Shown piece after piece: positions 38,679 to 49,179 of a stretch of 64,000 nucleotides of DNA. The stretch comes from Planctomycetota bacterium (GTDB taxonomy: Bacteria > Planctomycetota > UBA1135 > UBA2386): contig JAEUHP010000007.1 in the NCBI GenBank assembly GCA_016795295.1, positions 10,896 to 74,895 on the forward strand, given 5' to 3'. Under the pieces are notes generated by a model. That model ran no database searches and had not been told where the DNA came from. It was given only the letters and a program-made list of their open reading frames with translations. The stretch's first letter is position 1. The number at the start of each line of letters is the position of its first letter. The position numbers and the translations under genes were made by a program.

Positions 38679-39836
38679 TCACCCCCGGCGCCAGCGCGCC
38701 ACCCCGAACGCTGCCCAGCGCAACAGCGCCACCAGCCCTTCGCCGGCCAGGAGCGCCGCCGCCGGGGCCGCCGGCAGCCGATCCAGAGCGGTCGGCGCAA
38801 ACCCAGCGAACAAGAGCCCGAGCACCGCGTAGACCAGCACCACCAGATCCACCGTGATCCGCCCCGTGCGACCGAGCAGCAGACCGGCCCGCCACGCCCA
38901 CGACCCGAGCCCGCAGCCGACCAAGAGCCACCACCCCACCGCCGCATCGCCCGCCGCCGCGAACAGCCCCACGGCCCCGGGCAAGGCCCCGAACGGCGCC
39001 CCCTCGGCACTGCCCTGCCCACCCGCCGCCAGCACGGCCGCAGCGAGCAGCGGCACGAGCAGCGACAGCGCGGTCCACGGCAGCAGCCGCCCGTTGCCGG
39101 CGTGGATCGGCAGCCGCAACCAACCGCGCCGTCGCACCAGCGGCACGGCGCGGGCGAACAGCCAGACCGCTCCCAGCGCCAGCACCGCCCCCGGCCACAG
39201 CAGCAACACCGGCCGCACCGGGCAGGCGGCGACCGCGAGCGCGAGCGCGAGGGCACTGGCCGCCACCGCGGCCCCGAGGGCCACGCCGCGGCCCCAGCGC
39301 GCGGCTTGGCCGGGCCACGGCGGGCGCCGCGCCGCATGGGCCAGTTCGGCGCCGAACAACACCGCGAACAGACCGAACAGCACCGCGGGCGTCTCGGCGC
39401 GCAGCCAGTGCCCAGCCAACGCCACGGGCGGCAGTCCGGCGAGGCACAGGCAACTCGCCAGCGCCTGGAGCTGGGACCGACCGCGGCGCACCACGGCGTA
39501 GAGCAGCCCACTGATCGCCACCAGCGCCGCAACCTGCACGCGGCGCGCCGCGGCGACCAGTTCGGTGAGCTGCGGCGCGGCTTCGGGCAACGCGGCATGG
39601 CCACTCGGTGCGGTGGCCAGCGCGAACGCGCGTGCGACGGCGCCGGCGACTGGACCGTGCGCCGCCGCAGCGGCGGGATCGAGTGCCTCGGCCAGCAACT
39701 GCCGTTCGCCGGCCGTGGGCGGCGCCGCGAGTTCGAGTCCAGCCAGCAGGCCCGGCAACGCCACGACCAGCAGCGTCACCGCCGCGGCGGCAGCGCGCGG
39801 GACGGCTCGGGACCGCGGCGGTCGGAGCCGCATCAC
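38679..39836 (-). CDS. Multi-pass membrane protein, unknown function
   Basis: Many hydrophobic segments; co-directional with ridA and coaD. Confidence 0.55.
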   Translation of the reverse strand: MMRLRPPRSRAVPRAAAAAVTLLVVALPGLLAGLELAAPPTAGERQLLAEALDPAAAAAHGPVAGAVARAFALATAPSGHAALPEAAPQLTELVAAARRVQVAALVAISGLLYAVVRRGRSQLQALASCLCLAGLPPVALAGHWLRAETPAVLFGLFAVLFGAELAHAARRPPWPGQAARWGRGVALGAAVAASALALALAVAACPVRPVLLLWPGAVLALGAVWLFARAVPLVRRRGWLRLPIHAGNGRLLPWTALSLLVPLLAAAVLAAGGQGSAEGAPFGALPGAVGLFAAAGDAAVGWWLLVGCGLGSWAWRAGLLLGRTGRITVDLVVLVYAVLGLLFAGFAPTALDRLPAAPAAALLAGEGLVALLRWAAFGVARWRRG

Positions 39837-39896
39837 GGCCGGTGCCCGGGACAGGGCCCGCTCACGGCCTGCGGCCTGCTCACGGCCTGCAGCCCG

Positions 39897-40280
39897 TCAC
39901 GACAGGGCCGCGATGCAGTCGATCTCGACCAGACCGCCCTTCGGCAGTTCCTTGACCGCCACCGTGGCGCGCGCCGGCTTGTGGGCGCCGAAGTGCCGAC
40001 CGTAGACTTCGTTGACTGCGGCGAAGTCCTGCATCGAAGCGAGGAAGATCGTGGTGCGGGCCACCTGGGCCAACGAGGCACCACCCGCGGCCAGCACCGC
40101 GGCCAGGTTCTTCATCACCTGCTCGGCCTGCTCGGCGGCGGTGGCGCCGACCATCTGCCCCGACTTCGGGTCGAGAGCGATCTGGCCGGAGCAGAACAGA
40201 AGGTGGCCGACCTTGATGGCCTGGCTGTAGGGACCGATTGCGGCGGGCGCCGCGGCGGATTGCACGGGTTCGAGTTTCAT
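39897..40280 (-). CDS. ridA: RidA/YjgF family enamine/imine deaminase
   Basis: APAAIGPYSQA, SGQI, DFAAVNEVY..F...KPARA.V.V..LP...LVEID. Confidence 0.93.
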   Translation of the reverse strand: MKLEPVQSAAAPAAIGPYSQAIKVGHLLFCSGQIALDPKSGQMVGATAAEQAEQVMKNLAAVLAAGGASLAQVARTTIFLASMQDFAAVNEVYGRHFGAHKPARATVAVKELPKGGLVEIDCIAALS

Positions 40281-40288
40281 GGGCGGAC

Positions 40289-40771
40289 TCAGCTGGGCCG
40301 CAGCCGTTCGCGCAACCGGCGCTCGACCACGGGCGGCACGAAGCTAGCGGCATCGCCGCCGTTGCGCACGATCTCCCGGATCAACGACGACGACACGTAG
40401 GAGTACTGCACGCTCGGCATCACGAACACGGTCTCGATGCCGGGCGCCAGGTGGCGGTTGGTGAGGGCGAGCTGGTACTCGTATTCGAAGTCCGAGACGG
40501 TGCGCACGCCGCGCAGGATCGCGCCAATGCCCTGCTGCCGGCAGTAGTCGACGACCAGGCCGCGGAAGGTGGCGACTTCGAGCCGCGGGTCGGCGGGCAG
40601 CGCAGCGCGCAGCAGTTCCACGCGCTCCTCCACGGTGAAGGTCGGCGCCTTGCTGCTGTTGATCGCCACGGCGACGGTGAGCCGTTCGAACAGCGGCAGG
40701 GCGCGCTCGACCAGATCCAGGTGGCCCTTGGTGACCGGGTCGAAGCTGCCGGGGTACAGCGCAAAAACCAT
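40289..40771 (-). CDS. coaD: Phosphopantetheine adenylyltransferase
   Basis: YPGSFDPVTKGHLD, RGVRTVSDFEYE, VSSSLIRE. Confidence 0.97.
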   Translation of the reverse strand: MVFALYPGSFDPVTKGHLDLVERALPLFERLTVAVAINSSKAPTFTVEERVELLRAALPADPRLEVATFRGLVVDYCRQQGIGAILRGVRTVSDFEYEYQLALTNRHLAPGIETVFVMPSVQYSYVSSSLIREIVRNGGDAASFVPPVVERRLRERLRPS

Positions 40772-40815
40772 GCTTCGAGTGTAACCGCCGGCAAGTTCGA
40801 GGCACGTAGGCAGGC

Positions 40816-42993
40816 GTGGAACCCCGTCTGCCCTGGTCCCTGTTCGCCGGCCTCTTCTGGGCCCTGCCGGTGGCCTGCCTCGTGCCCCACAGCCTGCCGG
40901 CGGCAGCCCTGTGGACCGCGTTCGCCACCCTGGCGGCGGTCTGCAGCCGATGGCCGTTCCGGCGCGGCGGCCTGTGCGCCTTGCCGGTGCTGTTGGCGAG
41001 CCTGTCGCCGCCGACCGCACCACGCACCTGGCCGCGGCCCGGGCCGGTCCGCATCGCCGGCACGGTCACCGAAGTGCAACACGCGCCGGCCCGCGGCGAG
41101 ACCCTGGTGCGGCTCGCGGGCGGACGCACGCCGCTGGTGCTGCGGGTGCCCGGCCGGCGCGAACTGCTGCCGGGTGATCGGGTGGCGGCCGTGGCCCACC
41201 TCGCCAGGCCCGTGGCCCCCGACCTCGAACCAACCCTGCACGTGCCGCATGGAGGGCTGCGCGCCGAGCCCGGGCCACCGTCGCTGCGTCGGCTGTGGGC
41301 GTGGCTGCACCACGGGCTGACCCGGCACTTGCTGCAACTCGTGCCCGGCGACGGTGGCGTGTTGCTGGCGACCCTGGCCCTCGGCCGGCAGACCCAAGCA
41401 CCTGCCGAACTGGCCGCGAGCCATCGCGCCACCGGCTTGTCCCATCTGCTGGCGGTGAGCGGCGCCCACGCGGCCATGCTGGGGCTGTTGCTCGGCCTGC
41501 CGCAGCGGCCGCGGCAGCGCATCGGTCGCCACCCCCTGCACCTGGGCATGGCGCTGTGCGTCCTGTGCGCCTACGCCGCGATCACCGGCGGCGAACCACC
41601 GGTGCTGCGCAGCGCCGTCGCCGCGTGCTTGGCGGGCGCCGCCACGTTCGGCCGCCGCCGGCTCGGGCTCGGCACCGCCTTGGCCGCACCGGCGCTGCTG
41701 ACCTTGCTCGCGGCGCCGGAGGCGCTGGCCACGCCGTCGTTCTGGCTCAGTTACACGGCTGTGTTCGGGCTGATGCTGTCGCGCCCGGTCGGCACCGGGT
41801 GGACCGGCCAGTGGCTCTGGTCGCCGCTCGCGGCATCGGCCTGGGCGACCCTGATCACCGCACCGCTGACGCTGTTCTGGTTCGGCCAACTGGCCCCGTG
41901 GACCGTGGTGCTGACCCCGCTGCTGGCGCCCCTGGTGGCGCTGCTGCTGCTCGGCAGCCTGCTCGGTGCCACCCTCGCCTGGCTCGCCCCGACCCTGGCG
42001 CAGCCGTTCGGCTGGCTGCTGCCCACCTTGGCCGAACTCTACGTCGGCGGCGTGCAGTGGGCGGACCGGCTGCCCGGCACACCGATCCACGCCCCCGCGG
42101 CCCCCCCCGCCTGGTTGCTCGCGGTGGCGCTGGTGTGCGGTGTGGCCGCCCTCGAACGCTGGCGCCACCGCGGCGGCGTCGCCGCCTGCGCCAGCCTGCT
42201 GGCCCTGCCGTACTTCCTGCCACTCGACCCGCGGGCCGCGGCGCACTTGACCTTGTTCGCCGTCGGCCATGGCCAGGCCGGGCTCTACCGCAGCGGCGAG
42301 GGCCACCAGGTGGCGATCGACTGCGGCAGCCTGCACCAACCCGCCCGCGCCACCCGCCTCTTGGTGCAGGCGCTGCGCCACCGCAGGCTGGACGTGTTGG
42401 TCGTCACGCACGGCGACCTGGACCACCACAACGGCGTGCCGGCCCTGCTGGCCCAGGTGCCGATCGCACGCGCGATCCTGCCGGCCCACCTCGACGGCAG
42501 CGCGCTGCACGCCGAACTGCTGGCCGCGGGCACCGCGATCACCTGGCTGCAGCCGGGGCAACAGGCCACGCCCGTGCCAGGGCTGCTGGTGGTGGCGCCC
42601 CCGCTGCCGGTGGCGCTGGGCCGCAACGACCACAGCCTGTGGCTCTTGGTCGAACGGCGCGGCACCCGCGCCCTGCTCTGCGGCGACGCCCAAGAGCTCG
42701 GCATCGCCGCGGCCCTGGCTGCGGGCATCGCCGCGCCAGCCGACGTGCTGGTGCTGCCGCACCACGGCCGCTTCGCGCCGAACGTGCCCCAGCTGCTGGC
42801 CGCAGTGCGGCCACGCGCCTGCTTCGCTTCGGCGCCGAGCGCCGATGGCGACACGGCGGCAGGGCGCACCGCCCGACGCACCGGCGCGCAGCTGTGGGCC
42901 ACTGGCCAGCACGGCGAGCTCACGCTCGAGTTCGACCCGACACCGCGGGTGCACAGCGGCTGCGGAACCCTGCCGCTGCCCGACCCACCCTGA
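40816..42993 (+). CDS. comEC: ComEC/Rec2 competence protein with metallo-beta-lactamase domain
   Basis: GLSHLLAVSGAH, SFWLSY, VGHGQA, THGDLDH.NG, NDHS, LPHHG. Confidence 0.88.
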   Translation: MEPRLPWSLFAGLFWALPVACLVPHSLPAAALWTAFATLAAVCSRWPFRRGGLCALPVLLASLSPPTAPRTWPRPGPVRIAGTVTEVQHAPARGETLVRLAGGRTPLVLRVPGRRELLPGDRVAAVAHLARPVAPDLEPTLHVPHGGLRAEPGPPSLRRLWAWLHHGLTRHLLQLVPGDGGVLLATLALGRQTQAPAELAASHRATGLSHLLAVSGAHAAMLGLLLGLPQRPRQRIGRHPLHLGMALCVLCAYAAITGGEPPVLRSAVAACLAGAATFGRRRLGLGTALAAPALLTLLAAPEALATPSFWLSYTAVFGLMLSRPVGTGWTGQWLWSPLAASAWATLITAPLTLFWFGQLAPWTVVLTPLLAPLVALLLLGSLLGATLAWLAPTLAQPFGWLLPTLAELYVGGVQWADRLPGTPIHAPAAPPAWLLAVALVCGVAALERWRHRGGVAACASLLALPYFLPLDPRAAAHLTLFAVGHGQAGLYRSGEGHQVAIDCGSLHQPARATRLLVQALRHRRLDVLVVTHGDLDHHNGVPALLAQVPIARAILPAHLDGSALHAELLAAGTAITWLQPGQQATPVPGLLVVAPPLPVALGRNDHSLWLLVERRGTRALLCGDAQELGIAAALAAGIAAPADVLVLPHHGRFAPNVPQLLAAVRPRACFASAPSADGDTAAGRTARRTGAQLWATGQHGELTLEFDPTPRVHSGCGTLPLPDPP

Positions 42994-43052
42994 CCCAGCT
43001 CGGCGTGGCCCCAGCGCGGTTCTCCAGCGCGGTTACCCAGCTCCCTCTGCTC

Positions 43053-44129
43053 TCAGCCCTTGGCCTTGGGTGCCTCGGGCACCGCGGGAGCCGCCGGGAC
43101 CGGTGGCGCGACCTTCTCCAGCTTGGTGATCCGGCCGAGGGAGTTCCAGTCCATCACGTAGAGGTTGCCCGCCGCATCCGCACACACCGAGTGCGGCGAC
43201 AAGAACTGCCCCGCGCGCCACTGCGCTCGCGGCACGCCGTTCTGCGCGCGCAGCTTCGGGTCTTCGTTGTCGCCGAGCTGCAGCACCACTTGGTCGTCGG
43301 CCGAGAGGATCGAGATGCGCCCAGCCAAGTCGGCGACCACCAACCCACCGTCGCCGAGCGGCCAGACGTTGCACGGCCGGCGCAGGTCCTTCGCCATTTG
43401 CCGCACGAACACCCCCTCCATGGTGAACCACTGCAGGCGGTGGTTCTCGCGGTCGCAGACCAGCAGCAGTGGTTCCTTGCCGCGCCCATCGAGCCACAGG
43501 CCGTGCGGCGTCTGGAACTTGCCCGGTTCGGTGCCCGGGCCGCCGAACGACTTCAGGTAGCGGCGTTCGGCATCGTAGACGTGCACCCACGACCGCCCGT
43601 AGCCGTCGGCGACGAAGATCCGGCCGTCGGGCGCCACGGCCACCGCGGTGGGGTTGAACTGGTCTTCCCGCTCGTAGATGCCCGAGGCCTCCGGCCAACC
43701 CAGGGTCCACAACACGGCCCCTTCCAGGGTGGTCTTCACGACCTCGTGGCGGCGCGTGTGCGCGAGGTAGAGCACTTCCTTGCCACCATCGACCCGGTGG
43801 CACATGCCGTGCAGGCCGCCGCGGAACTCAGCGCCCCACGTGCGCAGCAAGGTCCCGTCCCGGCCGTAGACCACCACGGCGTGCTCGGTGTCGGTGTTCG
43901 CCAGCAGATTGCCCTGCTGGTCCACAACCATGCACCCGTGGGTGTTGCCCAGGTCCTTGCCGCCGGGCCCACGGCACCAATCGTCGACCCACCGGTAGGT
44001 GTGGGCGCCGCTGCCGAGCAGCACCGGCTTGGCCGGTGCTGGTGGGGTGACCGGGGCCGCTGGAGCGGCCGGGGTCGGTTGCTGGGTTTGCGGCAGACAG
44101 ACGAGGACAGCCAAAGCAGCAGCGAGCAT
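43053..44129 (-). CDS. Exported NHL-repeat beta-propeller protein
   Basis: Signal peptide; FNPTAVAVAPDGRIFVADGYG, FQTPHGL, VCDRENHRLQ, FLSPHSVCAD. Confidence 0.82.
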   Translation of the reverse strand: MLAAALAVLVCLPQTQQPTPAAPAAPVTPPAPAKPVLLGSGAHTYRWVDDWCRGPGGKDLGNTHGCMVVDQQGNLLANTDTEHAVVVYGRDGTLLRTWGAEFRGGLHGMCHRVDGGKEVLYLAHTRRHEVVKTTLEGAVLWTLGWPEASGIYEREDQFNPTAVAVAPDGRIFVADGYGRSWVHVYDAERRYLKSFGGPGTEPGKFQTPHGLWLDGRGKEPLLLVCDRENHRLQWFTMEGVFVRQMAKDLRRPCNVWPLGDGGLVVADLAGRISILSADDQVVLQLGDNEDPKLRAQNGVPRAQWRAGQFLSPHSVCADAAGNLYVMDWNSLGRITKLEKVAPPVPAAPAVPEAPKAKG

Positions 44130-44199
44130 GGGAACCTCCGGGTGGTTGGTTTCTACCCGGGCAGCCGGCCCACCGCACGCCGCAAGACCAACCTCAGGC

Positions 44200-47082
44200 C
44201 TACCGGCCGAACGTGCACCAGATGCCATCCGTGGCCGAGAAGCCACGCGGCGCCAGCGCGTCGAGGGCGAAACCCTGCACCGCGAGCTGCACCCCCTGGG
44301 CCCAGCTGCCGGACGGCACCGGCAAGCCGAAGCTCGCCGAGCCGGCGAACGTGCTGGTAGTGGCGGTCAATGCCTGGCTGCCGCCGAGCCGCAGTTCGCA
44401 GCCGGCCAACAGGGTGAGTCCAGGGGCCGTGGCCACGCCCAGCGCCACCGGCACCACACTCGGCGCGCCAGCCAGAGTGAAGCCGAAGGTTGCGTCCCCG
44501 AGGCGCGGTGCACCGCGGGCGGTGAGAATCGGCGCCGCCCCACGGCCAGCGCAACCAAAGCCAACGCTCTGCAGAGCGGCAGCCCCGGTCACCGGCACCG
44601 GCACCGACCACAGTTCGCGCCCGTGCACGCCATCGTCCGCCAGCATCAGAATGCGTGCGCCGGCGATGCCCAGGAGCTGTGGATTGGAGTTGCCCGAGCC
44701 CGGGTGGATGTCGGCGAGCAGGAACGTGCCAGCGCTGGTGCCATCGGTGACGTAGGGCTCATTGCCCACCGCTTCATCGCCCGCTGCCACCAACACCAGA
44801 TCGCCAGCACCGAGCGGGACCGCCTGGTCGACACCATCGAACCGGCCTGGAGCAAAATCCCGCACCAGGGTGAACTGGCCCAGGGCTCGATCCAGCTGCC
44901 ACAGTTCGCGGCCGGTGGCCGGGGTGCTGGCGACCAGGAAGATCTCTCGGTCCGTCACCACCAAAGGACTCGGGCGCGAGTTGAACGGAGTCTCGACACT
45001 GGCCAAGGCCGGCAACACCCCAAGGCGCTGGGTGCCAGCCCGAGTGCCGTCGCTGGCGTAGAGTTCGCTGCCGACCAGCAGATAGACCGTACCGGCGCGC
45101 ACCACGCTGTTGGCGGGCCAGATCTGCTGGCCCGGGGAAACCAGCAGGGACACCGTCCCGGCAACCGTGCCATCGGTGGCCCAGAGACCGCCGGGGGCGA
45201 CCACCAGCCCGAGCCCGTTCCCCTGGTGCAGCACGCGGTTGACCGACACCGGCATCAGGGACTGCGGCGGTGCCACACCGTCACTGCCATAGACCTCGTC
45301 GTAGCCCAGCAGCACCAGCCGGTTCGCCGCAAAGGCGAAGTTGGAGAAGGGGAGCACCGACGAACCAGGCGGCACCACACGCACCGTGCTGGCTTGGGTG
45401 CCGTCGCTCCGGTGGAGAGCGCCTTGGGTGAGGAACCAGACTTCGCGATCGCGGACCCTGCAGGCCACTTCCGAACTGGCGGGTGTGGGAGTCAGCAAGG
45501 GCTGGGTGCCGGCCAGCGTGCCATCGCTGACCGCGGCGCGATTGCGACTGACGAAGGCGAACCGATCGCCGTAACGGGCGATGGCGCCATTGGGCGAGGC
45601 GAACTCGCTCGCAGCGCCTGGGGTGAGTTCGAGCCACTGGGTGCCGGCCGTGGTGCCGTCCGTGCTCACCAGTTCGTTGCCGCTGCCGAGCCGCGACGCC
45701 GAAAACAGCAAGCGCTCCCCGGCCACGGCCACCGTGTTTGGCCCTGTGAGCAGCAAGCCGCTGTTCGCCACGGCCAGATCGATGGGTTGCGGCGCGGCGC
45801 CGTTGGCCGGAGCGACCCAGAGTTCGTCGCCGAGTGAGTCGATGCCGGTGAACAACACGCCCCCCGCGAACGGCAGGAAGCCGCTGATCGGCGACACTGC
45901 GGCGAAGCCGCTCGGGGCGTCATTCGGGATGGGCCCGACGTCCGTCCTCTGATGCCCTGGATCGATCCGCAGCAAGCGGCGCCCGGTTGGCAGCAGCACA
46001 CGCAACCACAGCGCCTGGGGCGTGGCTTGCAGGTGCTCGGGGTGCGAACCCGCTTGGCCGGGCATCAGGTCGGCGACCTGGGCGGTGCCCGCGGCCGTGC
46101 CATCGGTCGACCACAATTCGTAGCCCGCCGCAGACGCGGCACGGAAGTAGAAGCGGCCGCCGAACTCGATCAGGTTGCGCACGTCGGCGCACGGCAGTGC
46201 GAACCGTTGCGTGCCAGCCTGGGTCAGGTCGCTCTCGAACAGGCCGCCGTCGTAGTCGAACAGCAGCCGGCCCTGGCGTTCGAACAGTCGTTCGCTGGCA
46301 AGGGTCACGATCGACGGCAGCAGTGCATGCCGCGTGATCGAGATCCCGTCGGTCGAAGACACCGAACCAGCGCGGGTGATGGCTCGCTCGATGAAGAAGA
46401 TCCGGCCGTTCCAGGCCAGGAAACCACCCGGCCGTGCGTTCGACTGCAGGACGCCGATTCGTTGCGAACCCAGAACCGTGCCATCCGTCCGCCACAATTC
46501 GAAGGTCGAGTTCGAGCCAGGGATCAGGCACGACCCATACGCCACCCCGCCCACCAGCAACCCCAATTGGAAACTCAACATGCCCGGCAGCGGCACGGTG
46601 CCACCGGCGGTCAGATCACTGCCGTAGAGCTGCTCCATCGAGTCGAGCAGGACCCGCCCAGTGCCCAGATCCACCACCGAACGCAGCGTCTGCGGGATGC
46701 CCAGCGCAGGCACTTCCAGGGTGCCGGACACGGTGCCGTCGGTGCGGTACAGCCGCGTGGTAGTCGACACGGTGGTCGAGAACAGAGCCCCGCCTGGAAT
46801 GCGACCGAGCATGGTCGGCGAGGAACTGGCAGCGCCGCGCACTAGGTCCCGCAAGCGGAACGTCCCGGCAGCCGTGCCATCGGTTCGCCACGGTTCCCGC
46901 CCGGCATCGGGGGTGGTGGCAGCGAATACCACGCAGCTGCCGATGTCGACGAGCCCGCGCGGGCCCGACGAAACCACGGCAGCCCCGGTGGCCAGATCGG
47001 CGACCAGTTGCTGGGCGGGCAAGAACGTGAAGCTGGAGGAGAGAACCACACCTGCCGAGAGCAGGCTGCGCATGACGGACAT
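44200..47082 (-). CDS. Exported ELWxxDGT-repeat protein with C-terminal Cys-containing beta-rich domain
   Basis: Signal peptide; many EPWRTDGT/ELWRTDGT/ELWSTDGT/LWATDGT repeats. Confidence 0.85.
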   Translation of the reverse strand: MSVMRSLLSAGVVLSSSFTFLPAQQLVADLATGAAVVSSGPRGLVDIGSCVVFAATTPDAGREPWRTDGTAAGTFRLRDLVRGAASSSPTMLGRIPGGALFSTTVSTTTRLYRTDGTVSGTLEVPALGIPQTLRSVVDLGTGRVLLDSMEQLYGSDLTAGGTVPLPGMLSFQLGLLVGGVAYGSCLIPGSNSTFELWRTDGTVLGSQRIGVLQSNARPGGFLAWNGRIFFIERAITRAGSVSSTDGISITRHALLPSIVTLASERLFERQGRLLFDYDGGLFESDLTQAGTQRFALPCADVRNLIEFGGRFYFRAASAAGYELWSTDGTAAGTAQVADLMPGQAGSHPEHLQATPQALWLRVLLPTGRRLLRIDPGHQRTDVGPIPNDAPSGFAAVSPISGFLPFAGGVLFTGIDSLGDELWVAPANGAAPQPIDLAVANSGLLLTGPNTVAVAGERLLFSASRLGSGNELVSTDGTTAGTQWLELTPGAASEFASPNGAIARYGDRFAFVSRNRAAVSDGTLAGTQPLLTPTPASSEVACRVRDREVWFLTQGALHRSDGTQASTVRVVPPGSSVLPFSNFAFAANRLVLLGYDEVYGSDGVAPPQSLMPVSVNRVLHQGNGLGLVVAPGGLWATDGTVAGTVSLLVSPGQQIWPANSVVRAGTVYLLVGSELYASDGTRAGTQRLGVLPALASVETPFNSRPSPLVVTDREIFLVASTPATGRELWQLDRALGQFTLVRDFAPGRFDGVDQAVPLGAGDLVLVAAGDEAVGNEPYVTDGTSAGTFLLADIHPGSGNSNPQLLGIAGARILMLADDGVHGRELWSVPVPVTGAAALQSVGFGCAGRGAAPILTARGAPRLGDATFGFTLAGAPSVVPVALGVATAPGLTLLAGCELRLGGSQALTATTSTFAGSASFGLPVPSGSWAQGVQLAVQGFALDALAPRGFSATDGIWCTFGR

Positions 47083-47302
47083 GTTCGGCTCCGCGTGTAA
47101 CCGCTGGATGGGCGGACGGAGCGTGGGAGAGGCGTCCGGACCATAGCCGCCCACCGGCCCGCAGTAACACCCCAAACCGGACCCAGGGGATGCTGCTGCG
47201 ACCAAACTGGTGCAGGTCGCCACCCACCGGGCCCATGCCGCCGCCACTACGCTGCCGGCTTCCCAGTCGCCCTCAAGCCTCAGTCGCCCCCAAGCCCACG
47301 GA

Positions 47303-48181
47303 ATGGCCATGCACCGAGCTCGCTCGTGGTTCGTGACTGCCGCCCTCGCATCGGCCCTGGCATCGGCCCTGCCGAGCCAAGGCCCCGGCGGTGGCCGCAA
47401 TCGTCGCCCGGAAGAGATCACCAACCGCACCGGCGCGTTCTTCGCCGACGTCGCCGGCCCGGCGGTGGATGGCGACAAGGTCGCCGAACTCGCCACCGTC
47501 GAACTGGTGCGCAACGCCACAGCCGCCAACCAGCCGAGTGTGCTCTACCTGGTCGATCTCGGCGACGACCAGGAAGTGCGCGACGGCTTCGACCAAGTGT
47601 TGTTCGGCGGCGACGAACTCGGCATCGAACTGCGCGCCTTCCACGCTGGCCGCATCGACCTGGGCAAGATCCCGGCCCTGAAGGCCAGATACGCCAAGCA
47701 AGCACCGCTGTTCGTGGTGTTCGACGACAAGGGCAAGGCCAGCGAACTGTCGATGTCCGGCTACAAGCCGCAGCCGAGCGCGCTCGGCAAGCTGCTGGAG
47801 AAGCAGGCAGGCACCACGGTGAAGCCGTCCTTGTCGACGTTCGCCAAGAGCTACGGCGATCTGGTGCGCGACCTCGAACAGATCCTGCAGAAGAAGCGCC
47901 AGGTGCAGCAGAAGCAGGCGCGGGCCGGCAACGACGCGGGCAAAAAGCTCGATGCGGACCGGGAGCTCAAGGCCGTGGCGGCCGAAGAGCAGAAGTTGCT
48001 CGACAAGGAGCGTGAACTGCTCGGCAAGGTACGGTTGCCCGACCGTCCCGCCGGGGCGCAACGGCTCGGCGCGCCGAACTGGGGTGGTCCCGGTGGCGGT
48101 GGTCCTGGGGGCACTGGCCGCGGCGGCACCGGCCAAGGCAACGGCAACGGCGGCGGCGCCTCCGGGCGCAGCGGCGGCTGA
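47303..48181 (+). CDS. Exported hypothetical protein (possible Cys-less thioredoxin-like fold + coiled coil + Gly-rich tail)
   Basis: Signal peptide ALASALPS-Q; APLFVVFDDKGK; Lys-rich composition typical of a real coding frame. Confidence 0.65.
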   Translation: MAMHRARSWFVTAALASALASALPSQGPGGGRNRRPEEITNRTGAFFADVAGPAVDGDKVAELATVELVRNATAANQPSVLYLVDLGDDQEVRDGFDQVLFGGDELGIELRAFHAGRIDLGKIPALKARYAKQAPLFVVFDDKGKASELSMSGYKPQPSALGKLLEKQAGTTVKPSLSTFAKSYGDLVRDLEQILQKKRQVQQKQARAGNDAGKKLDADRELKAVAAEEQKLLDKERELLGKVRLPDRPAGAQRLGAPNWGGPGGGGPGGTGRGGTGQGNGNGGGASGRSGG

Positions 48182-48240
48182 GGCCCGGGCACCGACCGGG
48201 CCGAAGCCCGGTCGCGCCCCGCGTGCCGCGCGCCCCAACT

Positions 48241-49179
48241 TCAGTGCGTGTGGCCGTGCTGCGGGTCGCGTAGGTGGGACAGTGTGTGTGCCGCCCCCGC
48301 CTCGAACGTGGTGCCGGTGCCTTCGGCGGCCAGTGCTTCGAGCAGCGGCACCGCCCGTCGATCGTCGCCCTGCTCGTGCAGCGCCTTGCCGAGGTAGAGC
48401 AACGCGCGCTGCCGGTCGGGGAACTGCCCGCCTTGCTGCAGTGCGCGCTCGAACGCGGCCACCGCCTCGGCATGCCGCCGCTGCTTGAACCGCACATAGC
48501 CCTCGGTCACCAGAGTTGCGGGAGTCACCGGAGCCCCCTGCAACCAGCGCTGCGCCGCCACCACGTTGCCGTCGAGTGCGTGCAGCCGCGCCAGCAAGTG
48601 GCGCGCCGCCAGCTCACCGGCCAGCGCCGCGTCGAGCAGCAGCGGCTCGCTCTGCCGCCGGCAGCCCAGTTCGAGCAAGAGGCCCCCCAGCGCCAACGAC
48701 TCCTGCGCACTGGCGCCCGGCGCGGCGGCGGCGGCACGCGCGGTCGCGAGCGCAGCACGGCTCGCGGCGCAGCGGCGCAGCAACGCCGCGAGTTCCGGCG
48801 GATCCTGGGGCCCCGGCCGCACGGCATAGACCTGCCCCTCGGCATCGAGCACGGCGATGCCCATGCCCTCGCTGCCGCCGAGCCACTCGCCGTAGAGCCG
48901 GCGGTGCGCGACACCGTCGGCGACCACCGCCGCGAAGCCGCCGGCCGCGAGCGCCTGGCCGACCACCGGCTCTTGCAGCGAACGCTCCATGCGGTCGCTG
49001 GCCTCACGGCCGCGCAAGGCGAAGTAGACCACCAGATCCTGCCGGTGCGCGCGCGCCGCCGCGAGTGCCGACCGCAGGTCGGCCTGCCACTCGGGCGCCG
49101 CGGCACAGCCGCTGGCGAGCAGCGCCAGGGCCACCGCGGCAGCACGGCGCCCGCCCGCTGCGCGGCCAGACCCCCTCAC
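48241..49179 (-). CDS. Putative lipoprotein, thioredoxin-like N-domain + TPR
   Basis: LLASGC lipobox; WQADLRSALAAAR...LVVYF; TPR-like RALLYLGKALHEQG; start overlaps the DPP III stop. Confidence 0.6.
   Translation of the reverse strand: MRGSGRAAGGRRAAAVALALLASGCAAAPEWQADLRSALAAARAHRQDLVVYFALRGREASDRMERSLQEPVVGQALAAGGFAAVVADGVAHRRLYGEWLGGSEGMGIAVLDAEGQVYAVRPGPQDPPELAALLRRCAASRAALATARAAAAAPGASAQESLALGGLLLELGCRRQSEPLLLDAALAGELAARHLLARLHALDGNVVAAQRWLQGAPVTPATLVTEGYVRFKQRRHAEAVAAFERALQQGGQFPDRQRALLYLGKALHEQGDDRRAVPLLEALAAEGTGTTFEAGAAHTLSHLRDPQHGHTH

Noticed and set aside
39830-39910. Short repeats gctcacggcctgc x2 after ridA; similarly aagtgagc x3 at 16648-16687
   Set aside because: They look like local slippage duplications around stop codons and are too short to support a function.
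47303-49179. Selenoprotein or redox-active thioredoxin candidates
   Set aside because: No CxxC/UxxC motif and no in-frame TGA readthrough pattern.
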